DNA of 64,000 bases from a virus, in IMG/VR virus record IMGVR_UViG_3300033571_010557, positions 3,367-67,366 of that record, one strand, 5' to 3'. Under the pieces are notes generated by a model. The model was given only the letters and a program-made list of their open reading frames with translations, was not told the origin of the DNA and searched no databases. A program made the translations under genes and the position numbers. Shown here piece by piece: positions 1 through 9,340 of this stretch. Position 1 is the first letter of the stretch, and every line of letters begins with the position of its first letter.

Positions 1-2
1 GT

Positions 3-257
3 GGTCAGGTCGCCAAGAATGTCGTTATTACCAACGGCAAGCTTCTTCGCATCGAAGTACAAGGCGTGGGCGCTGACTTCAAGGGTGCCTCAGGTACTCT
101 CGACGTGATGCACAACGGCACCTACTACATGGGTCAGGTTGACATCGAAATCCACGGCGGCAAGGCCGGTGCTGGATTCTTCGGTGCTTCCGTCACCCAG
201 ACTGGTATCGACACCAGCGCTCCCGTCGCTTGGCCTGAGACCGCTACTGGGGTCTAA
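3..257 (+). CDS. 3' end of a probable virion structural protein (5'-truncated by the window)
   Basis: Frame is open from the window start, uses capsid-like optimised codons, is Gly/Thr/Val-rich and is followed by a strong terminator. Confidence 0.6.
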   Translation, partial: GQVAKNVVITNGKLLRIEVQGVGADFKGASGTLDVMHNGTYYMGQVDIEIHGGKAGAGFFGASVTQTGIDTSAPVAWPETATGV

Positions 258-278
258 TCCAGAAGTGTCAGAAGTTAG

Positions 279-311
279 GAAGCCTCCCCCGAAAGGTGGA
301 GGCTTCTTTTT
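279..311 (+). terminator. Intrinsic terminator
   Basis: GAAGCCTCCCCC-GAAA-GGTGGAGGCTTC followed by TTTTT. Confidence 0.85.
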
Positions 312-328
312 ATACATTCTGATAACTT

Positions 329-628
329 ATGGGAAAGTCGGAAGAATGGGCCGCTAGGTTTGGCTTGAATACTATTAACTACCAATCTAATAGAAGGAAA
401 AGAGCAGCAAGATTGTGCTCTAGTCTCGGAGGTCATGCCGAGTTATCAACTAGCATATTACCTGGGGCAAAGGTTACCTATTTTAGCACCTTCGAAGAGG
501 CCGTTGACGACATGACCTCAGTAGCCGTTTCCAAATCCATAAGATTTATGATAGAGGGGGTCATGAAATCTGACAATAAATGGGCAGTTTTCTATTTAAC
601 ACTTGACAGAGTCAAAAGCCTGTGTTAG
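329..628 (+). CDS. Hypothetical protein
   Basis: 99-aa ORF filling the gap. Confidence 0.55.
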   Translation: MGKSEEWAARFGLNTINYQSNRRKRAARLCSSLGGHAELSTSILPGAKVTYFSTFEEAVDDMTSVAVSKSIRFMIEGVMKSDNKWAVFYLTLDRVKSLC

Positions 629-631
629 AAT
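603..631 (+). promoter_or_regulatory. Sigma70-like early promoter upstream of the tRNA
   Basis: TTGACA-17 bp-TAGAAT with TGTGT extended -10. Confidence 0.8.
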
Positions 632-677
632 GTGAGATAGAGAGGGTTAAAACAAACGCTTAACAGCGCCCTCCAAT

Positions 678-752
678 GTCCCCATAGTTCAATGGACAGA
701 ACGGGAGTTTCCTAAACTTCAAATGTAGGTTCGATTCCTACTGGGGATACCA
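678..752 (+). tRNA. tRNA-Arg(CCT)
   Basis: Acceptor GTCCCCA/TGGGGAT, D arm GTTC/GAAC, anticodon loop TT-CCT-AA, T arm GTAGG-TTCGATT-CCTAC, encoded CCA. Confidence 0.95.
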
Positions 753-762
753 AAAATCGGGA

Positions 763-791
763 TTGACAGGATGCCTAGTGAGTGTTAAAGT
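763..791 (+). promoter_or_regulatory. Early promoter (ATG 5 nt after the -10)
   Basis: TTGACA-17-TAAAGT, ATG at 797. Confidence 0.75.
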
Positions 792-796
792 TGGAT

Positions 797-1153
797 ATGA
801 GAGTTACTCACTATTACTATGAAATTCACGTTGGTAGCATTTTACCAGTTAATGGCAACCACAAACACATTGCCGCTGAATTCCATAAGGTGTTTCCATT
901 TTGTCGAGCAGTATTGAGTCAGACCTCCAAGCCATATCAACGGACTGGTTGGAAATCCTGGCACAGGATACTTGTAGTATCAAGGAAGGAAGTTTCTATC
1001 AAACAGCTTATCCACCATCTAGAACAAAACGAATTCTATGATGGCATCAAATCAACGAGTAAGCCAATTACAAAAGGCAAGGCTAAATCGTGGATGGAAC
1101 ACGCCGAATGGGTCGAGCGCGTATTGAAACCAGAAATGGCTCTTTATTCATGA
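797..1153 (+). CDS. Hypothetical protein
   Basis: ORF directly behind the promoter. Confidence 0.7.
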   Translation: MRVTHYYYEIHVGSILPVNGNHKHIAAEFHKVFPFCRAVLSQTSKPYQRTGWKSWHRILVVSRKEVSIKQLIHHLEQNEFYDGIKSTSKPITKGKAKSWMEHAEWVERVLKPEMALYS

Positions 1154-1374
1154 CTGCGTCTTTCTGGTGTCCATAATATAGCCTGTTTTACCACTCCCTC
1201 GTTCTTGCCGTCTAAGAATAAGGCTATGAAACTACCAGACATAGTGTCTGTGTCTATCATCGACATGGACGTTATCGCGTAGGAGGCTACCGATGGATAC
1301 ATTGACTCAAGCCTCTTATTAACCTCATCTATGTGCAGACCAGAAAGGGTTCTCAGAAAGTCCTTATAAACCAT
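1144..1374 (-). CDS. Hypothetical protein
   Basis: 76-aa ORF filling the gap between plus-strand genes. Confidence 0.5.
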   Translation of the reverse strand: MVYKDFLRTLSGLHIDEVNKRLESMYPSVASYAITSMSMIDTDTMSGSFIALFLDGKNEGVVKQAILWTPERRSHE

Positions 1375-1397
1375 GCTATAAGTACGTTCTACGTTGC

Positions 1398-2411
1398 ATG
1401 AGTAAGCTTTTCATAACTGGAGACGTTCACTTAAACGAGTGGGACGAATTTTCAACTATACTGCCAAACGGTATAAATTCAAGACTTCAAGTAGGTATAG
1501 ACTCCATTGTTCAGATAGCGGAAGCGGCCAAGGATGAAGTGCTGATCATAGCGGGTGATCTGTTTCATACTAGAGAGGAATTGTCGGTGCAAGTCCTATT
1601 CAGAGCCGGGGAGGTTATAAGATACGCTTCCTTGATGTGCAAAGAAGTGATAATCCTGGTTGGTAATCACGATCAACATCTGAAAGACGGTAGGGTTCAT
1701 TCTTTGGGCACCTTCGAGTCAGCTAACGTAAGAGTCATAGATAAGCCAGGAGTATACAATGTTTCAGACTTCGGCGAGGTATTATTCATGCCGTATATGA
1801 ATGACTACGAGGAATTCTCCAAAGAGTATTACAATCTCACTGAGAGATTTTCCGGAAAAGGTCTATCCATTCTCCACGCTGATATAGTAGGGTTCGAAAT
1901 GAACTCAGGGTTCCTATCCACTAAAGGTATAAGCCCTCAGTTCACCTTGAATGCTGGTAGGGACACAAACTCCATCAGTCTGTGTATCTCTGGCCATTAT
2001 CACAAGCCGCAGAAGTTCGGGGATTTGAACGTTTATTATGTCGGAAGCCCTTATCAGATGGATAGGTCTGAAGCTGGTCATGAGAAGAGGTACTTGGTAG
2101 TATCAGAGGATTTGACGGTGGAGTCAATTTTGATGAAGGGTCTACCAGTTTTTAGGAAGGTTAGTCTAAAGGAAGCCTCAGAACTGGGGAAAACGAAGGA
2201 CTTCGTTGATGTCAAGTGCAAAGAGGATGAGGTTAAGGACGTCTGGTCATCTCTTCCTGGGAACTTCAATATAGTGCTTGAGAAGTCGGACAAGAATGAA
2301 ACAGACTTCACATCAATAGAAATAAGTGAGGCTTGTCAGAGGTGGCTCCGCGAGAAGGGGGAGCCTGGCCTTATAGAGACAGCCATGGAGAGGTTAATGA
2401 GAAATTCATAA
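1398..2411 (+). CDS. SbcD/Mre11/T4 gp47-like metallophosphoesterase nuclease
   Basis: GDVH, AGDLFH, GNHD, H, SGHYH and YVGSPYQ motifs. Confidence 0.9.
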   Translation: MSKLFITGDVHLNEWDEFSTILPNGINSRLQVGIDSIVQIAEAAKDEVLIIAGDLFHTREELSVQVLFRAGEVIRYASLMCKEVIILVGNHDQHLKDGRVHSLGTFESANVRVIDKPGVYNVSDFGEVLFMPYMNDYEEFSKEYYNLTERFSGKGLSILHADIVGFEMNSGFLSTKGISPQFTLNAGRDTNSISLCISGHYHKPQKFGDLNVYYVGSPYQMDRSEAGHEKRYLVVSEDLTVESILMKGLPVFRKVSLKEASELGKTKDFVDVKCKEDEVKDVWSSLPGNFNIVLEKSDKNETDFTSIEISEACQRWLREKGEPGLIETAMERLMRNS

Positions 2412-2431
2412 GATAGATTTCTAATACATGC

Positions 2432-2737
2432 ATGAATAGACAATCAGTCATTGACAAGCTAAAGGATCTGGCGGATAGGACAGAGATCTCAGACCCACAA
2501 CCTGTAAGTCAGGATGAGCAGGGTGTCGCGGGAGACAGCGATAGTCTCCTGAATCGGATCGAGGAAGTTCGTAGGAAGGTTGAAAATCTTTCTTCATCTC
2601 TTGGGGTCGAACTGAAACCTGACTCTCTAGCAGTTCCAGTTCCGGTCGAGCTTTTAATTGAGATAGTGAAAAGGATTCATACCCTGGAGTCATTATCTCC
2701 CCCCGTTGTAGAGTTCGTCGATCCCACACAGGAATAA
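2432..2737 (+). CDS. Hypothetical protein
   Basis: Acidic coiled-coil ORF, operon spacing. Confidence 0.7.
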   Translation: MNRQSVIDKLKDLADRTEISDPQPVSQDEQGVAGDSDSLLNRIEEVRRKVENLSSSLGVELKPDSLAVPVPVELLIEIVKRIHTLESLSPPVVEFVDPTQE

Positions 2738-2742
2738 ATCAT

Positions 2743-3096
2743 ATGCCAAAGCTTAAGTTAACCCCTAATCAGCTATTGGATGAGGTAATGGAGCAGGACC
2801 TTCCTGCCCATGTTCAAACCGGCATCTACAATTTGGTGAAGTCGTTCGACAGCATCACCACTCAAAACAAATTCCTTTTAATGCTCAACATGAGTTTGAT
2901 GGCTGAGTTTGATGTTGAGTCCTCAGAGAATATACTTGAGGGGAACGCGAAAGTTGGTATCTCAAGGAACACTCTGAGCAGGATAACAACGAAGATCGAA
3001 TCAAAGAAGGAGAAACCAATCATCTGTTACAACGAGGAGGGGGATGATGGGTTCCTTCGGATCAAGTGGGGGAAAGCAGATGAGGAAGGTTCCTAA
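2743..3096 (+). CDS. Hypothetical protein
   Basis: ORF, operon spacing. Confidence 0.7.
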   Translation: MPKLKLTPNQLLDEVMEQDLPAHVQTGIYNLVKSFDSITTQNKFLLMLNMSLMAEFDVESSENILEGNAKVGISRNTLSRITTKIESKKEKPIICYNEEGDDGFLRIKWGKADEEGS

Positions 3097-3264
3097 TTTC
3101 ATCCTATCTTTTCTAGGGTTAATTGCGGGGCTGTGTCAGTATTTGGTATGCCGGATTCCGAAGATGGCTACCATATTCGTGGCAGGTCTTAGGTACGCAT
3201 TCGATCGTACTGGATCGATAGACTGCCCCGAAAGACAGGATATAGAACTAGAAACTAGAGTTGA

Positions 3265-4902
3265 GTGATAAAAGTAAAGGCCAAGAAAATAGGAATTGCG
3301 ATTAGTGGTTTCCCATCATTCGCAACTACCGTTCTTGACCTTGAATTCGCCAAGCCAGACCCAAAGGCTTATATCCTTAAAGCTAGGATGAGGAATCTAG
3401 CCCACTGGGATGGGATGAAGAGATTCTATGAGGTTGTTGGTAGCACTATTGCAATGAGGAGGGGGTTTCTCAATAGACTGATAGACTTCCTTCGCAATAA
3501 CGAAATGGACCATGAGGTAGAAGATTGCCTAGGCGATTATGCCCCACCGGATTTTTACAACTTTATCGAGACCGATGGTTTCAAGTTCGATAAAGTTCAG
3601 GTGGATGCTGGTAGAGCGATGATAAGCTCTAGGATAACAGCTATAGAATTAGCCGTCTCCTCTGGGAAAACGGAAATATTCATGAACGCCGCTTGTTGTT
3701 ATCTGGCATCTAACAAGGGGTCCAAAGTGCTCGTTATAGTGCCATCCAGGAACTTGATGAGGCAAACTTATGATAGGGTTAAGTCAAGGATACCCTCAAT
3801 AATCGGAATGGTCGGGATGTTTGGGGATGGGGAGAGACCGAGTGACGGCAACAGAATAATAATTTCTACAATAGCCTCTGCCATCAAATACTCAAGTGAC
3901 CCGATCATAAAAGGAGTTCACGGCATTATTATAGATGAAGCTCATAGGTCTAAAACCAACTCGGTCAGGACACTCGTTGATAACATAGACTGGAAATTCC
4001 TATGGGCTTGCTCCGGCAAGCTAACCTATTTGGATGATGATATCTCTTCAATGGAGATCGAATCAATTCTTGGAAGACCAGTGTTCAGGGGCGCTGTGAA
4101 GTCCAGGCATAGTCCAGTTGAGGTAGTAATTCACAAACATGGTAAGAGATCAATTCAAAAAGGAATCAAACTACATGCCTCAGTAAGAGACGGGGTTGAG
4201 TGTATGTTCGTCGATTCGGATGGTGAGTCAAAGATCGGCATTTATAGATCCGCGAGGCCGAATGGGGAAGTTGACGAGGACCTGTGTAACGAGGACGGTA
4301 AACCCATTAAAAGCCTATTCGGAATATGGTACGCTGATAAGTCGTCTATAGTTGATCCGCCTCCCGATCCAGAAAAGGTAATATACTTTACTTATTCGGA
4401 CATTGGGATAGTGGAGAACAAGGAGAGGAACGACTGGGGTGTCCAAATGATGTCTAAGTTCGAACAGGCAAAAGAACCTTATCTCGTCACGGTAGCCAGG
4501 TTGAGACATGCCAAGAAACTATTTAAGAAGGCCACGAAAATAGGTCTCAAGGTTGGCATGGTGTCTGGAGAGTCGTCTGGTAAGGAACAATCGGAGACTG
4601 TGAAGAAGTTAGCCACCGGGGAGGTAATGGGGATCGTGGCAGTATACTCGACAATGTCTGAGGGGGTAGATGTTCCTAATCTAGTGCACCTCCTGAAGAT
4701 GGACGGTATAGCCAGTGAACAGGTTCTGACTCAGCAACTGGGAAGGGTTCGCAGGAAACATGAGTCTAAAGACAAGGGATACCTACACATTCCTTCTGAC
4801 GACCACTACAAGCATCTTGCTGATAAGACTACCTATATGGGAAACTATTATTCAAGAGTAGGAGAGGTAGTTATGTTTGATGGGGTTCGAAGAGTTCTGT
4901 AG
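3265..4902 (+). CDS. SF2 DNA helicase, UvsW-like
   Basis: SSGKTE (motif I), IIDEAHR (II), SEGVDVP (V), QQLGRVRR (VI). Confidence 0.88.
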   Translation: MIKVKAKKIGIAISGFPSFATTVLDLEFAKPDPKAYILKARMRNLAHWDGMKRFYEVVGSTIAMRRGFLNRLIDFLRNNEMDHEVEDCLGDYAPPDFYNFIETDGFKFDKVQVDAGRAMISSRITAIELAVSSGKTEIFMNAACCYLASNKGSKVLVIVPSRNLMRQTYDRVKSRIPSIIGMVGMFGDGERPSDGNRIIISTIASAIKYSSDPIIKGVHGIIIDEAHRSKTNSVRTLVDNIDWKFLWACSGKLTYLDDDISSMEIESILGRPVFRGAVKSRHSPVEVVIHKHGKRSIQKGIKLHASVRDGVECMFVDSDGESKIGIYRSARPNGEVDEDLCNEDGKPIKSLFGIWYADKSSIVDPPPDPEKVIYFTYSDIGIVENKERNDWGVQMMSKFEQAKEPYLVTVARLRHAKKLFKKATKIGLKVGMVSGESSGKEQSETVKKLATGEVMGIVAVYSTMSEGVDVPNLVHLLKMDGIASEQVLTQQLGRVRRKHESKDKGYLHIPSDDHYKHLADKTTYMGNYYSRVGEVVMFDGVRRVL

Positions 4903-5641
4903 GAATCTAGTAATAGCTTTCGTCACTTTCAATAGGAAGGAAGTTACCGAAATATGTCTTGATCAAATTAACAAGACCAAATTTGGTTCAACCCTCGTCG
5001 TCTATGATGACTGCTCCGATGATTTCGATGTTGGGTTCCTAAAAAGAGTATCAAAGGACGCCATAGTTAAACGTATGGATAGGCCAACCGGGGTGGGGGG
5101 CGTAAGATCTGAGATACATAACGAGTTTAAAAAGGAGTTCCGGTTCATTTACCACACTGATAATGATGCATACCATGATCCAAACTGGATGTATAGGTTA
5201 CATGAGTTGTATACAAGATACAAACTTCCGACAGGACTTTTCACTCTAGGTAAGCGTCACCATATAATTAAAGAGATGGGGGGTGAGTCTGTAAACAGAA
5301 TGTGCCAGGGTGTATCATTCTTTTATGACTTTGGGTCCTTGGAAGGTATTAAGTACAATAAAAAAGTTGATCCAAGGACTTCCCCTGGATGGGATAATAT
5401 GACCAGTAGAGTTTTGAAGAGGTTCATAGTTTCTGGAGTCTCATATTTGGAGCATTTTGGGGCGAACGGACTTACTACCAGGGAGTATTCTGATAACAGA
5501 GCTTATAACCCAACAATGTGGCTACAAAACATGAGAGACTCAGTGATCGAAAGCTTACATGATCAAGGCAAGAGGAGAGAGTTGTTAATGGCGCATCGTG
5601 AAATGCCTAGAATCACTAATGTACCTATTTTCACCGACTAA
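4880..5641 (+). CDS. GT2/GT-A-like glycosyltransferase, paralog 1
   Basis: VTFNR, VYDDCS and HTDNDAY (DxD) motifs, late H..G. Confidence 0.8.
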   Translation: MGFEEFCRNLVIAFVTFNRKEVTEICLDQINKTKFGSTLVVYDDCSDDFDVGFLKRVSKDAIVKRMDRPTGVGGVRSEIHNEFKKEFRFIYHTDNDAYHDPNWMYRLHELYTRYKLPTGLFTLGKRHHIIKEMGGESVNRMCQGVSFFYDFGSLEGIKYNKKVDPRTSPGWDNMTSRVLKRFIVSGVSYLEHFGANGLTTREYSDNRAYNPTMWLQNMRDSVIESLHDQGKRRELLMAHREMPRITNVPIFTD

Positions 5642-5654
5642 TTACTATCAACTG

Positions 5655-6434
5655 ATGGAGTTCGACGAATTTTGTAGAAACTTAGTAATAATTTTCGTAA
5701 CTTTCAATAGGAAGGGTATAACAGAAATATGTTTAGATCAGATTAATAAGACCAGGTTTGGGTCAACCCTAGCAGTATACGATGACTGTTCTACTGATTT
5801 CGATGATAAATTCTTGAGGAGTATATCTACGGACGCCATAATCAGGCGTATGAAATGTTCTACTGGACTGGGCAAGATAAGATTCAAAGCGCATAATGAC
5901 TTTAAGAATGACTTCCAATTCATTTATCATACTGATAACGACGCGTATCACGATCCACATTGGTTACATAGATTATTTACACTACACTTAAAATATGGCA
6001 TACCAGTTTCACTCTTTAACGATCCATACCATCTGAACTGTGACAACATAATAGTTAATCATGATGGAGTTTCTATAAGAAGAAGGTGTCCAGGAATATC
6101 TTTCTTTTACCCCCTTAATTGTCTCGATAGGGTTCTTTTCTCTAAAAGGTATAGCGTAGGGCGGAGCGGTTTCAAGGAGAGACCTGGATGGGATATTATT
6201 AACAGTAAAGCTCTAGGTCGTTTTGCGATATCAGAAGAATCGTTCGTTGAGCATTATGGGGCCGATGGAGTCAACACTTATTCAAACTACAAATGTACAG
6301 CCGTGAACCCAACTCCGTGGCTGCAACAAGGTAGAGAAGCAGTTTTAGACAGCATTACAAATGAAAGTAGAAGGAAGGAGTTGATTATAAGCCACCAGTG
6401 GCCTCAGACTACAATACCGTGTTTCACAAACTGA
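5655..6434 (+). CDS. GT2/GT-A-like glycosyltransferase, paralog 2
   Basis: Same motifs, N-terminus nearly identical to paralog 1 (MEFDEFCRNLVI vs MGFEEFCRNLVI). Confidence 0.8.
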   Translation: MEFDEFCRNLVIIFVTFNRKGITEICLDQINKTRFGSTLAVYDDCSTDFDDKFLRSISTDAIIRRMKCSTGLGKIRFKAHNDFKNDFQFIYHTDNDAYHDPHWLHRLFTLHLKYGIPVSLFNDPYHLNCDNIIVNHDGVSIRRRCPGISFFYPLNCLDRVLFSKRYSVGRSGFKERPGWDIINSKALGRFAISEESFVEHYGADGVNTYSNYKCTAVNPTPWLQQGREAVLDSITNESRRKELIISHQWPQTTIPCFTN

Positions 6435-6435
6435 T

Positions 6436-7530
6436 ATGACTCAGTATTCTAGTAATAAGATATTCCACCATAGAGATAGAATTGACGAATTAAAGTCTGG
6501 AGAGCTGACTAATCCGTTGCAGGTGTACTTGGTCATTTCGGATTTGTGCAATCAAGACTGTAACTTTTGCGCATACAGAATGTCCGGGTATACTACAAAT
6601 CAGTTATTCGGGGTAAGAGTTAATAACACTGTTAACAACAACCCTAATAGGAGAATTCCCTATGAAAAGTGTTTAGAGATTTTGGATGACTGCCAACAAA
6701 TGGGCGTGAAAGCCATTCAGATAACCGGTGGGGGAGAACCATCAGTACACCCATTTCATGACAAAATATACCAGGCCGTTCTGGACCGAGGGATGGATCT
6801 CGCTTTGATCAGTAACGGAGTTATACTAAGGGATGAGGCGATACCCCCATTACTTAACGCCACATGGGTTAGGTTTTCGATCGACTCTAGTAATCCGGAG
6901 TCATATGCCAAGGTAAGAAAGTCCACAGTAGAACATTATGGAAGAGTGTGGGGGAATGTGAGAAAACTGGTGTCTTACAAAAAGGATCGTGGGTCTAAAG
7001 TAACGATAGGTCTCGGATTCGTAGTGACCAGTGACAATTGGATGGAAGTTGAAGAATTCGTTATTTTAGCTAAGGAGTCTGGGGTTGACAACGTCAGAAT
7101 TAGCGCTGTTTTTCAACCCTCAAACATTGGGTACTTCAGTAAATTCTTCAATGAAGCCTACGAACTCTGTAGGTTGGCTAAAGACAAACACGAGGATGGA
7201 AAATTCATTGTTTTTAATAACTTTGGGTATAGATGTGACGATCTAATAAGAGAAAATCCGGATTATTCCTTTTGTGGATATCAACACCTAACCACTTACA
7301 TAGGTGGAGATATGAACGTGTATAGGTGTTGCGTGACCGCTTACAGCAATCACGGCCTCCTAGGTTCTATATCGGACAGGAGGTTCTCTGAATTCTGGAA
7401 CTCTGAGGAGAGAATCAGCAAACTTACTAATTTCGATGCCAGATCTTGCGAAAGATGTATGTTTAACGAAAAGAATAAGACCATATTATACGCCATAGAC
7501 AAACATCCAGAGCATGTCAATTATATATGA
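6436..7530 (+). CDS. Radical SAM protein with SPASM/Twitch-like C-terminal domain
   Basis: CNQDCNFC, TGGGEP, C-terminal C..CC..CxxC. Confidence 0.9.
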   Translation: MTQYSSNKIFHHRDRIDELKSGELTNPLQVYLVISDLCNQDCNFCAYRMSGYTTNQLFGVRVNNTVNNNPNRRIPYEKCLEILDDCQQMGVKAIQITGGGEPSVHPFHDKIYQAVLDRGMDLALISNGVILRDEAIPPLLNATWVRFSIDSSNPESYAKVRKSTVEHYGRVWGNVRKLVSYKKDRGSKVTIGLGFVVTSDNWMEVEEFVILAKESGVDNVRISAVFQPSNIGYFSKFFNEAYELCRLAKDKHEDGKFIVFNNFGYRCDDLIRENPDYSFCGYQHLTTYIGGDMNVYRCCVTAYSNHGLLGSISDRRFSEFWNSEERISKLTNFDARSCERCMFNEKNKTILYAIDKHPEHVNYI

Positions 7531-7531
7531 C

Positions 7532-7560
7532 TTGACAAAAGCAGTATTAAGTGTTACAAT
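7532..7560 (+). promoter_or_regulatory. Early promoter
   Basis: TTGACA-17-TACAAT, ATG 5 nt later. Confidence 0.8.
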
Positions 7561-7565
7561 TGGTG

Positions 7566-8000
7566 ATGAATCGGTTATTGCCAATCACCCCTGATTTATT
7601 CGTTCTTGGTGGAAATTCAACATTCACTATTAAATCTGTTAAAACTGGTAACAGGTTCACATTCAGAGCAAAGGCGGATAAGGAGAACCCAAGCCGTGTT
7701 TATGTGTCCGTTCTTACTGGTCCTGATAATGAGTCAAATTACAGCTATCTGGGCACCATTTTCCGGCACAACGAGGAGCACGCAGTATACCGACATGGTA
7801 AGAAGAGTAGGGTTTCTCCGGAATCGAGGAGCGCTATTGCGTTCGATTGGTTCTGGAGAAATTCAAAGAATTTACCGGATGGGGTTCAATTCCTTAAATC
7901 AGGAAAATGTTGTAGGTGCGGGAGGACTCTTACCACACCGGAGTCGATTGAAGCTGGATATGGTCCAGAATGCTCTAGGATACTATCATCGGTATTCTAG
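7566..8000 (+). CDS. DUF6011-like Zn-finger protein
   Basis: C-terminal CCRCGRTLTTPESIEAGYGPEC. Confidence 0.75.
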   Translation: MNRLLPITPDLFVLGGNSTFTIKSVKTGNRFTFRAKADKENPSRVYVSVLTGPDNESNYSYLGTIFRHNEEHAVYRHGKKSRVSPESRSAIAFDWFWRNSKNLPDGVQFLKSGKCCRCGRTLTTPESIEAGYGPECSRILSSVF

Positions 8001-8673
8001 TCTCGATCTTCCCTACTGACCACCTCTTCACGAATTCATTAGCATCTTCATAATCAGTATATTCTGACTTAGCATGCCATTTCCTTATTCTTCCGAAAGA
8101 CTGTCCACCTCTTATTAAGTGGGTTTTCCTGCCAGCGGCATGAGCGACATGCGAAAATCCAGAGCACATTCCTACGAAGCATTCGCACTTAGTAATTAAT
8201 TCCACGGCGCTCATCAACCCGGTGGAATTACAATCCACTACTGAGATGAAATTACTCTCAAGTTTCTTGATTACTCCAGCTTTCTCGTTCTTATTTAGTT
8301 TCCACTTCCCGGATAGGTGTGTACAACACAGTCCTTTAATGGTGTCATTGAAGGGTCTCGCATTATTAACAGGACACGTCAACGTTGTATGGAGTCGTGG
8401 GGTGTAAACTCCCCTAACTAGCATGTGGTCGATTATTTCTATAAACGGTTCATACTCATACAGATACTTCGCCACTTCCAACCTCTGATGACATGCTATA
8501 ATGTCATTACTGCTCCAGTTGTTTATCTTTGGACTTAATGAGAACTTAATTCTTCTCCCAACTGATTTGGCTATATGTATGGCGTTATTCATAGCCAGGA
8601 GGGTATCACCGAGTCTTACCCCCTTGCAAACATATAAGTCTTCATCATAGGTCATACAACGCACTCTTGACAA
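7975..8673 (-). CDS. GT9/GT-B-like glycosyltransferase, paralog 1
   Basis: RLGDT and FVGMCSGFSHVAHA; true start may be the second Met. Confidence 0.65.
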   Translation of the reverse strand: MSRVRCMTYDEDLYVCKGVRLGDTLLAMNNAIHIAKSVGRRIKFSLSPKINNWSSNDIIACHQRLEVAKYLYEYEPFIEIIDHMLVRGVYTPRLHTTLTCPVNNARPFNDTIKGLCCTHLSGKWKLNKNEKAGVIKKLESNFISVVDCNSTGLMSAVELITKCECFVGMCSGFSHVAHAAGRKTHLIRGGQSFGRIRKWHAKSEYTDYEDANEFVKRWSVGKIETRIPMIVS

Positions 8674-9340
8674 TTAGTCTCCCAGGCCACCTCTTTACGA
8701 AGTCACTGGCGTCGTCATAAACCGTACACTCTGACTTGTGATGATTCTTAAGTATTCTATCTAACTTGCATCCGGATCGAATAATGTTTACCTCTTTTCT
8801 GGCCGCATGGGCCACGTGTGAGAACCCAGAGTCAACTCCGACAAAAAATGCGCATTTAGTGGTTTCTATGATCGCCTCCATAAGGGGTAGTGAATTGCAA
8901 TCTATGACTCTTGGGAATTCTTCACTTATCCTTTTAAGTATTTCCTTTTGATCTCTTTTATGCGTCTTCCAGGACCTACCAGTCAAGTGTATGCAGCAGG
9001 TTCCATTTGATTCTGGAAACTCCCTGGCATTGCTAGACAGGCTGACCAAAGGATACTTCGGTCGTTCTATATGGTCTCCAACACCCCTATGATCCACTAT
9101 ATCAATGAATGGCTCATAATTTAGAAGATACTTGGCCACTTCGAGTCTCTGATGACACGCTTCCACCGAGTTACTACAACCACTATTCGGCCACCCGTTT
9201 ATTTTAGCGCTGAGAGAAAAATACAGTTTCTTGCCAAGCTTTTTTGACATGTATATGGCATTACTTAGTGATATGATTGTATCACCTAGTCTGGTGTGCC
9301 TGCTGACATATAAATCATCACCCGAGAAGTTCATCTTCAA
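8645..9340 (-). CDS. GT9/GT-B-like glycosyltransferase, paralog 2
   Basis: RLGDT and FVGVDSGFSHVAHA (DSG..H.A.A heptosyltransferase-type motif). Confidence 0.7.
   Translation of the reverse strand: MKMNFSGDDLYVSRHTRLGDTIISLSNAIYMSKKLGKKLYFSLSAKINGWPNSGCSNSVEACHQRLEVAKYLLNYEPFIDIVDHRGVGDHIERPKYPLVSLSSNAREFPESNGTCCIHLTGRSWKTHKRDQKEILKRISEEFPRVIDCNSLPLMEAIIETTKCAFFVGVDSGFSHVAHAARKEVNIIRSGCKLDRILKNHHKSECTVYDDASDFVKRWPGRLIVKSALYDL

Noticed and set aside
642-676. Small stem ending in CCA upstream of tRNA-Arg as an extra tRNA
   Set aside because: Too short and lacks D, anticodon and T arms
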